A stretch of 64,000 bases of DNA, taken from contig FR902206.1 of assembly GCA_000437855.1 (NCBI GenBank), forward strand, positions 5,080 through 69,079, in the 5' to 3' direction. The notes beneath the pieces were generated by a model. It was not told where the DNA came from, ran no database searches, and was given only the letters and a program-made list of their open reading frames with translations. Numbering within the stretch: the stretch's first letter is position 1; every line of letters begins with the position of its first letter. The position numbers and the translations under genes are program-made. Source of the stretch: Clostridium sp. CAG:567. Lineage in GTDB: Bacteria; Bacillota; Clostridia; TANB77; CAG-508. Below are positions 17,422 to 27,649 of this stretch, one piece after another.

Positions 17422-20400
17422 ATGTCAAATTTTGTACATTTGCATATACATAGTGAATTCAGTTTACTAGATGGAGCAAATAGAATAAAAGACTTACCGG
17501 TAAGGGCAAAAGAATTAGGAATGAATGCTATGGCAATTACAGACCATGGCGCTATGTTTGGTGCAATTGACTTTTATAAAGCATGCAAAGCAAATGACAT
17601 TAAACCAATAATAGGTTGTGAAGTTTATGTTGCACCAAGAAATAGAAAAGATAAAGACCCTAATTTAGATGCAAAATATAATCATTTAATATTATTAGCT
17701 AAAGACAACCAAGGATATAAAAATCTTGCAACTTTAGTTTCTTTAGGTTATACAGAAGGTTTTTATTATAAACCTAGAATAGACCACGAAATAATAGAAA
17801 AATATCATGAAGGGATAATATGCTTAAGTGCATGTTTAGCAGGAGAAGTAAACCAAGCAATACTTGCAAATGATATGGAAAAAGCAAAAGAAGTTGCTTT
17901 ATGGTATAAGTCTATATTTGGAGAAGACTATTACTTAGAAATCCAAAACAATGGAATAAAAGAACAAGTTTTAGCAAATCAAAAATTAATACAATTATCA
18001 AGAGAGCTAGATATTCCACTTGTAGCAACAAATGATGCTCACTATTTAAAAAGAGAAGATGCATATAACCATGAGGTTTTACTTTGTATACAAACTGGAA
18101 AACGTATGACAGATGAAGACAGAATGAAATTTGACACAGATGAGTTATATGTTAAATCACCAGAAGAGATGAGTGACTACTTTAAAAATGTACCAGATGC
18201 GATTGAAAATACAGTGAAAATAGCAGAAAAATGTAATGTAGAATTTGAATTTGGACATACAATTTTGCCCAATTATGATGTGCCACAAGAATTTGCAACT
18301 CACTATGATTACTTAGAAAAACTTACTTATGATGGACTAAAAAATAGATATGGAGAAAACCTAAGTAAAGAAATATTGGAAAGAACAGAATATGAACTAA
18401 GTGTCATTAAAAAAATGGGATATGTAGATTACTTCTTAATTGTATGGGACTATATTCATTATGCTAAAACACATAATATACCAGTTGGACCAGGTAGAGG
18501 TTCAGGGGCTGGTTCAATAGTTGCATATAGTATTGAAATTACAGATATTGACCCTATTCAATATAACCTAATTTTTGAGCGATTTTTAAATCCTGAAAGA
18601 ATTAGTATGCCTGATTTTGACGTTGACTTTTGCTATGAAAAAAGAGATAAAGTTATAGAATATGTTGAGCAAAAATATGGTAAAGACCATGTTTCACAGA
18701 TTATTACATTTGGAACAATGTCTGCTAGAATGGTTATTCGTGATGTTGCAAGAGTATTAGATATGCCTTATGCAGAAGCAGACAAACTAGCTAAAATGAT
18801 ACCAAATGAAATACATATTACAATAAAAAAAGCTATGGAGCAAAACAAAGAATTAAAAGACCTTTACGATACAGACGAAGAAATTAAAAAAATGTTAAAT
18901 ATTGCCATGGCTTTAGAAGGAATGCCAAGACAGGCTTCAACACATGCTTGTGGTATAGTTATTACAAAAGAACCAGTAGTAAGCTATGTGCCACTGTATG
19001 TAAGAGATGGAGCTATATCAACACAATATATAATGACAACACTAGAAGAACTTGGACTTTTAAAAATGGATTTCTTAGGATTAAGAACATTAACTGTTAT
19101 TCAAGATACAATAGACTTGGTAAAACAAAATCAAGGAATAGATGTTAAGTTTGACGAAAAGATGAATGATCCTAAGGTATACAAACTATGGCAAAATGGA
19201 GAATCAGTTGGTATATTCCAGTTTGAAAGTCAAGGAATGACAAACTTCATGAAGGAATTGAAACCAGACTGCTTGGAAGATATAATTGCGGGAGTTTCTT
19301 TATACAGACCTGGCCCAATGGATCAAATACCAAGATATATTGCAAATAAAAAAGATCCAGAACATGCAGTATATACACATCCAGCACTAAAACCAATTCT
19401 TGAAGTTACCTATGGCTGTATGGTTTACCAAGAACAAGTTATGCAAATAGTTAGAGACTTAGCTGGTTATTCATTAGGCAGAGCTGACTTAGTAAGAAGA
19501 GCCATGGGTAAGAAAAAGCTAGATGTAATGGCAAAGGAAAGAGAAATATTTATACATGGACAAATAGATGAAAATGGGAATATTGTTGTTCCTGGTTGCA
19601 TTAGAAATGGCATAGATGAAAAGTCTGCAAATAAAATATTTGACGAAATGGCTGAATTTGCTAAATATGCATTTAATAAGTCACATGCTGCAGCTTATGC
19701 AGTTATATCATTTAGAACTGCATATTTAAAAGCATATTATCCAACAGAATTTATGGCTGCAATGCTTAATAGTTTTTTAGGAAATCTAGATAAAGTACCA
19801 GGTTATATTGAAGAATGCAAAAGACTATCAATTCAAATATTAAAACCAGATATAAATAAAAGCTATACAAGGTTTACAGTTGATAAAAATCAAATTCGTT
19901 TTGGACTTGGAAGTATTAAAAATGTGGGAACAGCTGCTGTTGACGAAATTGTAGAAGAAAGAACAAAACATGGAGAATTTAAAGATTTTAGTGATTTTTG
20001 TGAAAGAATAAAAGAAACAACAGTTAATAAAAAATGTATTGAAAGTTTAATAAAAGCGGGAGCTTTTGATGAACTAGGACAAACAAGAAAAACATTTATG
20101 GCATCTTATGAAAATATTATTGATACAATAAGCAATGACAAAAAGGGATTTGATGGTCAAGTTTCAATGTTTGACTTAGGAGGAGAAACTCAAAAAGAAG
20201 AAATAAAATATAATTATATAATTGAACCTGAATATGATGAAAAAGAGAAACTTTCAATGGAAAAAGAAATGCTTGGAATATATATTTCGGGACATCCACT
20301 GGAAAAAATGAGAGCACAAATCGAAGCAAAAACTACTATAAATAGCTTGAAACTAAGAGAATTATCAGAACCAAGTGAAATAGAAGAAGATGAGAAAGTT

Positions 20401-20895
20401 ACAGAATATCAAGATGGACAAAATGTAATATATGCAGGCATAGTTACAAGTGTTAAAAAGAAATATACTAAAAACAATACAATTATGGCATTTGTTACAA
20501 TTGAAGATTTATATGGCACAACTGAATTTATAGTTTTTGATAGTTGCTATAGACAATGTTCTGATATATTAGTAAATGACAATATTGTTGAAGTAGAAGG
20601 CAGGTTAAGCATTAGAGAAGATGAAGAACCTAAAATTGTAGCTAGAACAATAAAAGAATTTGCAGAAATCAAGAAAAAGGCATTTGAACTAAATGTTACA
20701 AATCTTAACGAAGAAACTAAAGAAAAACTTAAAGGAGCAATTCACTTCTTTAATGGAGAAAGAAGTAATATGCAAATGCAAATAAAAAATGGAGAAAAAC
20801 TTGATAAAGCAGGTGGAATTTATATGACACCAGAAATTTTAAAACAATTTCAAGAGCTAGTTGGAGAAGAAAATGCTCAAATTATTTTAATATAA
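17422..20895 (+). CDS. dnaE: DNA polymerase III alpha subunit (DnaE type)
   Basis: PHP domain FVHLHIHSEFSLLDGA, PDFDVDF catalytic motif, HhH and OB regions. The start lies 1 nt after the upstream stop. Confidence 0.95.
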   Translation: MSNFVHLHIHSEFSLLDGANRIKDLPVRAKELGMNAMAITDHGAMFGAIDFYKACKANDIKPIIGCEVYVAPRNRKDKDPNLDAKYNHLILLAKDNQGYKNLATLVSLGYTEGFYYKPRIDHEIIEKYHEGIICLSACLAGEVNQAILANDMEKAKEVALWYKSIFGEDYYLEIQNNGIKEQVLANQKLIQLSRELDIPLVATNDAHYLKREDAYNHEVLLCIQTGKRMTDEDRMKFDTDELYVKSPEEMSDYFKNVPDAIENTVKIAEKCNVEFEFGHTILPNYDVPQEFATHYDYLEKLTYDGLKNRYGENLSKEILERTEYELSVIKKMGYVDYFLIVWDYIHYAKTHNIPVGPGRGSGAGSIVAYSIEITDIDPIQYNLIFERFLNPERISMPDFDVDFCYEKRDKVIEYVEQKYGKDHVSQIITFGTMSARMVIRDVARVLDMPYAEADKLAKMIPNEIHITIKKAMEQNKELKDLYDTDEEIKKMLNIAMALEGMPRQASTHACGIVITKEPVVSYVPLYVRDGAISTQYIMTTLEELGLLKMDFLGLRTLTVIQDTIDLVKQNQGIDVKFDEKMNDPKVYKLWQNGESVGIFQFESQGMTNFMKELKPDCLEDIIAGVSLYRPGPMDQIPRYIANKKDPEHAVYTHPALKPILEVTYGCMVYQEQVMQIVRDLAGYSLGRADLVRRAMGKKKLDVMAKEREIFIHGQIDENGNIVVPGCIRNGIDEKSANKIFDEMAEFAKYAFNKSHAAAYAVISFRTAYLKAYYPTEFMAAMLNSFLGNLDKVPGYIEECKRLSIQILKPDINKSYTRFTVDKNQIRFGLGSIKNVGTAAVDEIVEERTKHGEFKDFSDFCERIKETTVNKKCIESLIKAGAFDELGQTRKTFMASYENIIDTISNDKKGFDGQVSMFDLGGETQKEEIKYNYIIEPEYDEKEKLSMEKEMLGIYISGHPLEKMRAQIEAKTTINSLKLRELSEPSEIEEDEKVTEYQDGQNVIYAGIVTSVKKKYTKNNTIMAFVTIEDLYGTTEFIVFDSCYRQCSDILVNDNIVEVEGRLSIREDEEPKIVARTIKEFAEIKKKAFELNVTNLNEETKEKLKGAIHFFNGERSNMQMQIKNGEKLDKAGGIYMTPEILKQFQELVGEENAQIILI

Positions 20896-20909
20896 AAGGA
20901 GAGAAATAT

Positions 20910-21077
20910 ATGAAGAATGAAAGAATGATAACAAGAAAATTATTCATATCATGTATTTTGATACTAAGTATTATATTTACTACTATTATAATTTTGCAAA
21001 AAGAGCATTATGAAAAAATAATAGAGGAAAATAATAACAATACTGAAATCCAACTTAATATTATTGAGGCTAATTAA
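20910..21077 (+). CDS. small membrane-anchored protein (55 aa)
   Basis: AAAGGAGAG RBS, ATG 20910, one TM segment (LFISCILILSIIFTTIIIL), followed by a strong terminator. Below the track cutoff. Confidence 0.5.
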   Translation: MKNERMITRKLFISCILILSIIFTTIIILQKEHYEKIIEENNNNTEIQLNIIEAN

Positions 21078-21123
21078 ACAAATTTAAAAACAATAAGAGA
21101 GTGGAAAAAATTATTGGAAATAG

Positions 21124-21157
21124 AAAGACACCTAGGCTATATCTAGGTGTCTTTTCA
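21124..21157 (+). terminator. rho-independent terminator of the addA-dnaE block
   Basis: aaagacacctag-gctatat-ctaggtgtcttt followed by tc. Confidence 0.85.
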
Positions 21158-21239
21158 TGTTAATTGGTAAAAGATGTTTTTGAACGACAATTATTGACAA
21201 AAAAATACCTAAATATTAAAATTAATTTAGGTGAAACAA

Positions 21240-22469
21240 ATGAGAAAAATAAACCATAAAATAAAAACACAAGTATTAATCATAAGTCTACTACTAATTA
21301 TAGGATTAGTAGTAAGTTTGTGTGCATATATGTTTATTTTTCAAAAGAAAACAGCTTATGCAGCCACACAAAACGTTGAAGAAGAATACGAAACTATAGA
21401 AAAAAAATTCATAGACATAAATGAAATATTAGAGAAAAATACTCAAAATAAAAAGAAAGAAGAAATAGTAAAAAAAGAAATAGATTTAGAATATATTACA
21501 AAATATCAAAATAATCCTGAGTTACCTAGTGGAATGATACAGGTGGTACAAGAAGGAATAGATGGAAAACAAGAAGAAATAACTAAAAAAATATATGAAG
21601 GAGATAAACTTACTGAGGAAAAAATAGTTGGAAATACAGTCACAAAAGCGTCAGTAAATAAAATAGTAGAAGTGGGAACAGGAAGGCATATAATAAATTA
21701 TAATGCTGAAATTGGAGATGACATATATATAACGCCGAGTTTTCTTGCAATAAGGATTGAACCAAATGAAAAAAGCGAAAAATTAATAACATTAAATAAA
21801 AACACAAAAGTTGAATTAATTGAAAAGAAAAAAGAATGGTATAAGATTCAATATCAAAGTTATGCAGGATGGGCAAAAGCAGAATGTTTTACAAGCATAA
21901 ATCCAAACGAGCTAAAACAAGATGAAATTGAGATAGTGCAAGGCAGCAAATATACAAAACAACAGTTGATAAGAAGTTTAAGCTTTAACATGAAATTGAA
22001 CAAACCAAGTGGGTTATCATTAGAACAATTTAAAAAAATATTTGCAAATGAAACAAAAGACAAAAATAATATTTTTAAAGATAATGCACAATATTTTTAT
22101 TATGCTGAAAAACAATATAATATTAATGGAGTATTCTTGGCAGCTGTAGCAATACATGAAAGTGGATGGGGAGGATCAAGTATAGCATCAAATAAAAACA
22201 ATTTATTTGGGTATGGAGCTTATGATAGAGACCCATATAATAGTGCTTATGAGTTTTCAGATTATTCAGAGGGAATAGACTTGTTAGCAAGAGTATTTGC
22301 AAAATACTATTTAAATCCAAAAGGTACAAAAATATATGATGGAAATATTGCTGATGGATGTTATTACAATGGAGAAACTCTTACAGGAGTTAATAAAAAA
22401 TATGCAACAGATAAAAACTGGGCAAATGGCGTATACTACTGGATGAAACATTTATATAATAACTTATAA
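21240..22469 (+). CDS. secreted peptidoglycan hydrolase: G5 + SH3 + glucosaminidase domains
   Basis: TM/signal segment; G5-like ELPSGMIQVVQEGIDGKQEEITKKIYEGDKL..VEVGT; SH3-like WYKIQYQSYAGWAKAECF; glucosaminidase NGVFLAAVAIHESGWGGS..NNLFGYGAYD. ATG 21240 follows AGGTGA. Confidence 0.85.
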   Translation: MRKINHKIKTQVLIISLLLIIGLVVSLCAYMFIFQKKTAYAATQNVEEEYETIEKKFIDINEILEKNTQNKKKEEIVKKEIDLEYITKYQNNPELPSGMIQVVQEGIDGKQEEITKKIYEGDKLTEEKIVGNTVTKASVNKIVEVGTGRHIINYNAEIGDDIYITPSFLAIRIEPNEKSEKLITLNKNTKVELIEKKKEWYKIQYQSYAGWAKAECFTSINPNELKQDEIEIVQGSKYTKQQLIRSLSFNMKLNKPSGLSLEQFKKIFANETKDKNNIFKDNAQYFYYAEKQYNINGVFLAAVAIHESGWGGSSIASNKNNLFGYGAYDRDPYNSAYEFSDYSEGIDLLARVFAKYYLNPKGTKIYDGNIADGCYYNGETLTGVNKKYATDKNWANGVYYWMKHLYNNL

Positions 22470-22473
22470 AGGC

Positions 22474-22506
22474 AACTGGATATTTTTATAAAAATATCCA
22501 GTTTTT
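22474..22506 (+). terminator. rho-independent terminator
   Basis: aactggatattttt-ata-aaaaatatccagtt followed by ttt. Confidence 0.8.
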
Positions 22507-22578
22507 CCTTGATATTTTCTGGACTTTATTGTATGATATAATATATGAAAGTGAAAAAATGAAAAGGGGCAGTATTTT

Positions 22579-22986
22579 ATGAAGAAAGTAATTTCAATAT
22601 TATTTATATTATTAATCATATTTGGAACAGTTACTGTATATGCAAGTAACGCTCAAGAAAATACAATAACCTCAGAAACAGCTACAACTAATCTAGTAGG
22701 ATTAAAAGATAAAGCATTAAAAGCATTAGAAGATTATCAGGTAGCTTATGGAGACAATACTTACGGACTTGTTGCATATATTTTAAATATAGTTAGAATA
22801 TATAGCATTCCATTTGGTTTTGTAGGAATTGTTTTAGCAGCAATTTACCGTTATGTTATAGGTATTAGAAAACTAGATGTTCAAGATAAAGGATTTGGTG
22901 TACTAGTAGCTATTATTACAGTAATGGTAATTTGTCAAGTACTACCATTAATCTTTGCGATAGTTGTAAGAGGTTGGAGGGGTTAA
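22579..22986 (+). CDS. small secreted membrane protein (signal peptide + two TM helices)
   Basis: MKKVISILFILLIIFGTVTVYA/SNAQ, then two hydrophobic helices. The stop is followed within 5 nt by the next gene. Confidence 0.7.
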   Translation: MKKVISILFILLIIFGTVTVYASNAQENTITSETATTNLVGLKDKALKALEDYQVAYGDNTYGLVAYILNIVRIYSIPFGFVGIVLAAIYRYVIGIRKLDVQDKGFGVLVAIITVMVICQVLPLIFAIVVRGWRG

Positions 22987-22991
22987 AACGA

Positions 22992-25343
22992 ATGAAAGTA
23001 TTATTTGCAGTTAATAATGAAAGCATTTCTGAGTCAATAACAAAAAAATATCAACAAGAATATAAAGAAATTATCTCAGCAAAAAATGTGTATTATTTTA
23101 ATGCAATTATTAAAGAATTACAAAGAGATAAATCTTATGATAGAATTGTTATAAGTGAAGATTTACAACCATTTTCTAATAATAATTATGATCAAATAGA
23201 TAAATTTATTTTTGAGAAAATGGATAATATTAGCGATGAAGCAACAAAGCAAAATGGAAATGATATTCCAATAATTTTAATATGTGCTGATAGAAGAGAA
23301 AAATCAGATCCATTACTAGTTAAAATGTTTGGAATAGGTGTTTATAATGCTCTTATTGGAAAAGATAGGAGTATTACTGCTGTGTGTCAATTATTAAATA
23401 GACCACGTAGTAAAAAAGAAGCAAAAGTGTATTACCACATAGATCCTGATGATGTGGATTATAAAGTAGAAAATGAAGGAGACGTTAGTGAAGTTGAAAT
23501 TCAGAATATTTTAAATCACTATAAAAGACTTGGAAGGAATGAAGAACAATATGTTGAGAGCTTTGACCATATTGCGAGCCAATATACAGATTCACAATTA
23601 AGATTAATTGCTAAATTCTTACCACTAAACGTAAAAGCAGTACTAGAAGCTAATAGTCCAAAATATCAAGAAGTTGTTGCTTTAGGAATGCCTTCAAAAC
23701 CTGATAGAAAATACAATCAATATAATAATTATAAAAAGGATAAAGATAAAAACAAAGATAAGAATCAGAAAAATGTAAAACCAGTTGATGACACAAAAGA
23801 TTTAGATATAATAAAACAAAACTTAGAAAAAAATGTAATAACTGAACCAGTTATTATACCTTCAGCAATAAATACTAATTCAGTAAGAAAAGTGAACAGT
23901 GTAAAGCCAAAAGAAGAGCCAACAATTTCGCAACCAATATATCAGAATGAAAATGAAGAAGAAGATCTATTTGAAGATATAGTAACAGATGATGAACAAA
24001 TTGAAGAAAATCAAGAAGTTGAATTAGAACAACCAAAAAGAAGAGGAAGACCTAAAAAAATAAAAGCAGGACAAGAAGTGAAAGAACAAGAGGCAACAGT
24101 TGTAAAAAGAGGAAGAGGAAGACCTAAAAAACAACAAGAAGAAATAATAGAACAAGATGATGAAAACAGCGAAGAAGCAAATATTTTACCAGGCTTAGAA
24201 GAAGATGTATCATCTCCAGTAAATTTATTTGAACTAGGAGATGAAGAACAAAAAAGCAATACAAATCAAGAATCAGATAATGACATAATTTTACCAGGAA
24301 TAGATAATGAATTCCTATTTGCACAAGATGGTGATCAAAATGAAAGAAGTCATATAGGTGTTTCTAATTTGAATGAAAACAATAATATATCTTCAACTCC
24401 AAGAAATAATGATAGCATGGACTTGACACAAACAACAACAAATAATTATAATAACACAAGTACAGCGAGCATCATATCAAAGGATAAAAAAGTAGTTACA
24501 TTTATAGGAACATCAAAAAATGGAACATCATTCTTAGTAAATAATACTGCGGAAATTATTTCACAAAAAGGAATTAACACTGCAATTCTTGACTTAACTC
24601 AAAACAAAAATGCTTATTATATATACACTGAAAATGATGAAAACCTACGTAACATAGCTTATTCATCTATAGAAAACCTAAAAATTGGAAATGCTAAAGG
24701 AATTCAAGTACATAAAAATTTAGCAGTATATACTTCATTACCAGGTAAAAAACAAGATACTTCAAATTACACTAATATATTAGAAACTTTGACTAAAAAT
24801 TATTCTTTGGTAATTATTGATTGTGACTATGATACAGACTATAATTATTTTGCACAAGCACAAGAAATATATCTAGTGCAAAGTTTAGACATTTTAACTA
24901 TACAACCATTAACAGCATTTTTAAGAAATTTAAAAGCTAAAAATGCATTGAATCCAGAAAAAATCAGAGTAGTTTTAAATAAAATGGTTAACTTAAAAAG
25001 TGTAACAGAGAAGACAATTATTGGAGGAATGGCATATTACAATGACCCATCAATGTCATTTATGACAGAATTATTTAATAAAGACACTGTTAAATATTGT
25101 GTAATTCCGTTTGAAGAACAAACTTATGCAAAATACCTAGATGGAATTATCAATTGTAAAATTTCTTTAAATGGATATTCTAGAAATTGTATGACAGCAC
25201 TTAATACATTGAGTGATATGGTATATCCTTTAGTTGAAAATAATACAACAAGAAACAATAAAACATATAATTCATATAGCAGTGGAAACAATTTCTCAGC
25301 TAGTATGAATAGCACACTAAATAAAATGAAAAATAACTATTAA
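22992..25343 (+). CDS. receiver-like / AT-hook / degenerate ParA-MinD (CpaE/TadZ-like) protein
   Basis: ATG 22992 follows GGAGGGG. N-terminal CheY-like fold (MKVLFAVNNE..RIVISEDL). Low-complexity centre with PKRRGRPKK and KRGRGRPKK. C-terminal ParA-like region whose P-loop reads GTSKNGTS (no Lys). Confidence 0.7.
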   Translation: MKVLFAVNNESISESITKKYQQEYKEIISAKNVYYFNAIIKELQRDKSYDRIVISEDLQPFSNNNYDQIDKFIFEKMDNISDEATKQNGNDIPIILICADRREKSDPLLVKMFGIGVYNALIGKDRSITAVCQLLNRPRSKKEAKVYYHIDPDDVDYKVENEGDVSEVEIQNILNHYKRLGRNEEQYVESFDHIASQYTDSQLRLIAKFLPLNVKAVLEANSPKYQEVVALGMPSKPDRKYNQYNNYKKDKDKNKDKNQKNVKPVDDTKDLDIIKQNLEKNVITEPVIIPSAINTNSVRKVNSVKPKEEPTISQPIYQNENEEEDLFEDIVTDDEQIEENQEVELEQPKRRGRPKKIKAGQEVKEQEATVVKRGRGRPKKQQEEIIEQDDENSEEANILPGLEEDVSSPVNLFELGDEEQKSNTNQESDNDIILPGIDNEFLFAQDGDQNERSHIGVSNLNENNNISSTPRNNDSMDLTQTTTNNYNNTSTASIISKDKKVVTFIGTSKNGTSFLVNNTAEIISQKGINTAILDLTQNKNAYYIYTENDENLRNIAYSSIENLKIGNAKGIQVHKNLAVYTSLPGKKQDTSNYTNILETLTKNYSLVIIDCDYDTDYNYFAQAQEIYLVQSLDILTIQPLTAFLRNLKAKNALNPEKIRVVLNKMVNLKSVTEKTIIGGMAYYNDPSMSFMTELFNKDTVKYCVIPFEEQTYAKYLDGIINCKISLNGYSRNCMTALNTLSDMVYPLVENNTTRNNKTYNSYSSGNNFSASMNSTLNKMKNNY

Positions 25344-25362
25344 AATATTCTTACAAAAAGGG

Positions 25363-26445
25363 GTGAGCTTTTTGCCATTAGCAATAATAATAATATTAAT
25401 ACTAATAATTGTAGCATTACTTGCATATAACTTATCAATAAGTAAAAAAATAGAAAACTTTAACAGCATAAATCAAAAAATAACCAATTTAAATATACTA
25501 CAAGATTTTATGAATACTATAAGCGAAGTCACCTCTGTAAATGAAAAAATTCAAAAAATCAATAATATATTAATTGAAAGATACAATATTAAATATTCTA
25601 CAATAGTTGTATATAATGGTACTGAATATGTAATTAAAGCATCAAATGTTGATAAAAAACATTGGGAAGTGTTAAGAAACTTACAAAGTGAAGAAACATT
25701 TAAAGACAGTATACAGTCAGCAATTCCAAAATATATTACAATTGAAAAAGAAGGGGAAAGATTACCATATCAAAAAATGGAATTTGAAAGAGCTAAATCA
25801 GCAATATTTTTCCCACTTTACATAGATAATGTATATATTGGTTATTGGATTATTGAAGGCAGTAAACCTCATGAATTTGATAATATTGATACAACAATAC
25901 TAGAAGTTGTAAAAAATAATATTGTATCAGTATTAAAGACTGTAGAAAAACAACAAATAATAGAAAATATAGTTAGAGAAGATAAATTAACAAAATTAAA
26001 ATCAGCAGAGTATTTGTTTGGAGAAGGTAAAAGGACAATAGACAAATATACAACCTCAACAGTGTGCTTATTTAAAATTACAAACTTAGAAGAAATAAAT
26101 GAAACAATAGGTAGAAAAATAGGAAATGAGATAGTCACAAAAGTAAGTGAAAAAGTAAAACAAGATTTATCAGATGAATATATATTTGTTAGATATATGG
26201 GACCAAAATTTGCTATAGTCTTTTCTGGAATTGAAATGGATGCTATTGTTAGTTTTATGAGTCAAGTAAAAGAAAAAGTTGAAAACATAAAAATAACTGT
26301 AGACAAAAATAAAGAAGCAATTCCAAAAATAAATGTAGTATTATCTACATATTATAAAGGAACTGCACTAGAAGGACTTACAAAAAAATTAGAAGAGTAT
26401 TTAGATACAGCTTCAAATAATGAAAATACAATTAATTATTTATAA
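25363..26445 (+). CDS. membrane-anchored GAF-like + degenerate GGDEF domain protein
   Basis: N-terminal TM helix and a GAF-like middle. The GGDEF-fold C-terminus has [11 protein letters not shown] in place of the R-x-GGDEF motif. The start is uncertain (GTG 25363 or TTG 25372). Confidence 0.65.
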   Translation: MSFLPLAIIIILILIIVALLAYNLSISKKIENFNSINQKITNLNILQDFMNTISEVTSVNEKIQKINNILIERYNIKYSTIVVYNGTEYVIKASNVDKKHWEVLRNLQSEETFKDSIQSAIPKYITIEKEGERLPYQKMEFERAKSAIFFPLYIDNVYIGYWIIEGSKPHEFDNIDTTILEVVKNNIVSVLKTVEKQQIIENIVREDKLTKLKSAEYLFGEGKRTIDKYTTSTVCLFKITNLEEINETIGRKIGNEIVTKVSEKVKQDLSDEYIFVRYMGPKFAIVFSGIEMDAIVSFMSQVKEKVENIKITVDKNKEAIPKINVVLSTYYKGTALEGLTKKLEEYLDTASNNENTINYL

Positions 26446-26459
26446 GGAGGAAAATCAAT

Positions 26460-26714
26460 ATGATATCAGATGAAACAGTTAGCTTTAAAGTTGAAAAGGA
26501 CAAAAACATAAAGGCAAGGGAAATCTTAAAAGAAGTATATCATGCTTTAGAAGAAAAAGGATATAATCCTATAAATCAAATAGTTGGATATATTTTATCA
26601 GGAGATCCAACATATATTACAAGTCATAATGATGCAAGAAATCTAATTAGGCAAATTGAAAGAGATGAACTTTTAGAAAAAATGGTAAAAAACTATATAG
26701 GATTGGACGAATAA
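26460..26714 (+). CDS. ireB: IreB-family regulatory phosphoprotein (UPF0297)
   Basis: ..[39 protein letters not shown].. is typical of the family, and it sits in the conserved position before ruvX. Confidence 0.85.
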   Translation: MISDETVSFKVEKDKNIKAREILKEVYHALEEKGYNPINQIVGYILSGDPTYITSHNDARNLIRQIERDELLEKMVKNYIGLDE

Positions 26715-26718
26715 TAGA

Positions 26719-27144
26719 ATGCGTAAATTAGGAATTGATTATGGAGATAGTAGAGTAGGACTAGCTATAACAGATGAATTAGAAATTACTGCACAAGGTT
26801 TAGAAACTATTCACCATAATGGAAATGATAAGTTAATCTTAAAAAGGTTGGATGAAATTTTATCTCAATATTCAATTGATACATTTGTTATTGGAATGCC
26901 AATAAATATGGATGGAAGTAAAACAGAAAGAGTAGAAGTAACAACTAAATTTATACATAAATTAAAATGTAAATTTCCTAAAATTTCAATAGAAACAATA
27001 GATGAAAGACTAACTACAGTAGCAGCGCATAAAACAATGAACTATTTGAATATTGATAAAAATAAAAAGAAACAATTAGTAGATACAATTTCAGCAGTAT
27101 ATATTCTTGAAACATATATGAATAAGCGAAAAAACAATGTATAA
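26719..27144 (+). CDS. ruvX: Holliday junction resolvase-like RuvX/YqgF
   Basis: LGIDYGDSRVGLAITDE.., ..IGMPINMDGS.., DERLTT. Confidence 0.9.
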   Translation: MRKLGIDYGDSRVGLAITDELEITAQGLETIHHNGNDKLILKRLDEILSQYSIDTFVIGMPINMDGSKTERVEVTTKFIHKLKCKFPKISIETIDERLTTVAAHKTMNYLNIDKNKKKQLVDTISAVYILETYMNKRKNNV

Positions 27145-27248
27145 ACAATATAAAAATACAAATAATAAATAAAGAAAATTAAACAGATATTAACATTGTA
27201 GAGATACAATATTTATAATATATAAAAAACGAGAGGAGAAAAAATAAA

Positions 27249-27575
27249 ATGAGTGAAGATCTAAACAAGAAAGTTGAAAATGAAAATGAAGGAGAAGAAT
27301 TAGACAATATATTAGTACTTAATGATGAGGAGGGAAATGAAGTAGAATTTGAATTTCTAGACTTAATTGAATATGAAGGAGAAGAATATGTTGTTCTTTT
27401 ACCAGTAGATGAAGAAGAAACAGAAGAACCAGGAGAGGTTGTAATCTTAAAACTAGAAGATACAGAATCAGAAGAAGAAGAATCTTATGTTAGTGTAGAA
27501 GATGAAAATGTACTTAACAAAGTATTTGAAAAATTCAAAGAGAAATTTGAAGATGAATTTAATTTTGTAGACTAA
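27249..27575 (+). CDS. DUF1292-family acidic protein
   Basis: EFEFLDLIEYEGEEYVVLLP core, and the conserved ireB-ruvX-DUF1292 order. Confidence 0.8.
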   Translation: MSEDLNKKVENENEGEELDNILVLNDEEGNEVEFEFLDLIEYEGEEYVVLLPVDEEETEEPGEVVILKLEDTESEEEESYVSVEDENVLNKVFEKFKEKFEDEFNFVD

Positions 27576-27649
27576 TAAAAAATTATGTGTGAAGTTTTCA
27601 GGTTTGATAACTCCACATATATACATAAGAAACTTGTTTAGTAAAAAGG

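Noticed and set aside
22932-22991. The 20-codon N-terminal extension of the CpaE-like gene given in the ORF track, which overlaps the preceding gene.
   Set aside because: ATG 22992 is preceded by GGAGGGG at ideal spacing and begins the receiver-like fold (MKVLFAV..). The extension only re-reads the 3' end of the upstream gene.
24034-24135. A short duplicated DNA segment (agaggaagacctaaaaaa) and other repeats, checked as a possible CRISPR or regulatory array.
   Set aside because: There are only two copies, inside a continuous ORF, and they encode the AT-hook peptides. No repeat-spacer architecture exists anywhere in the window.
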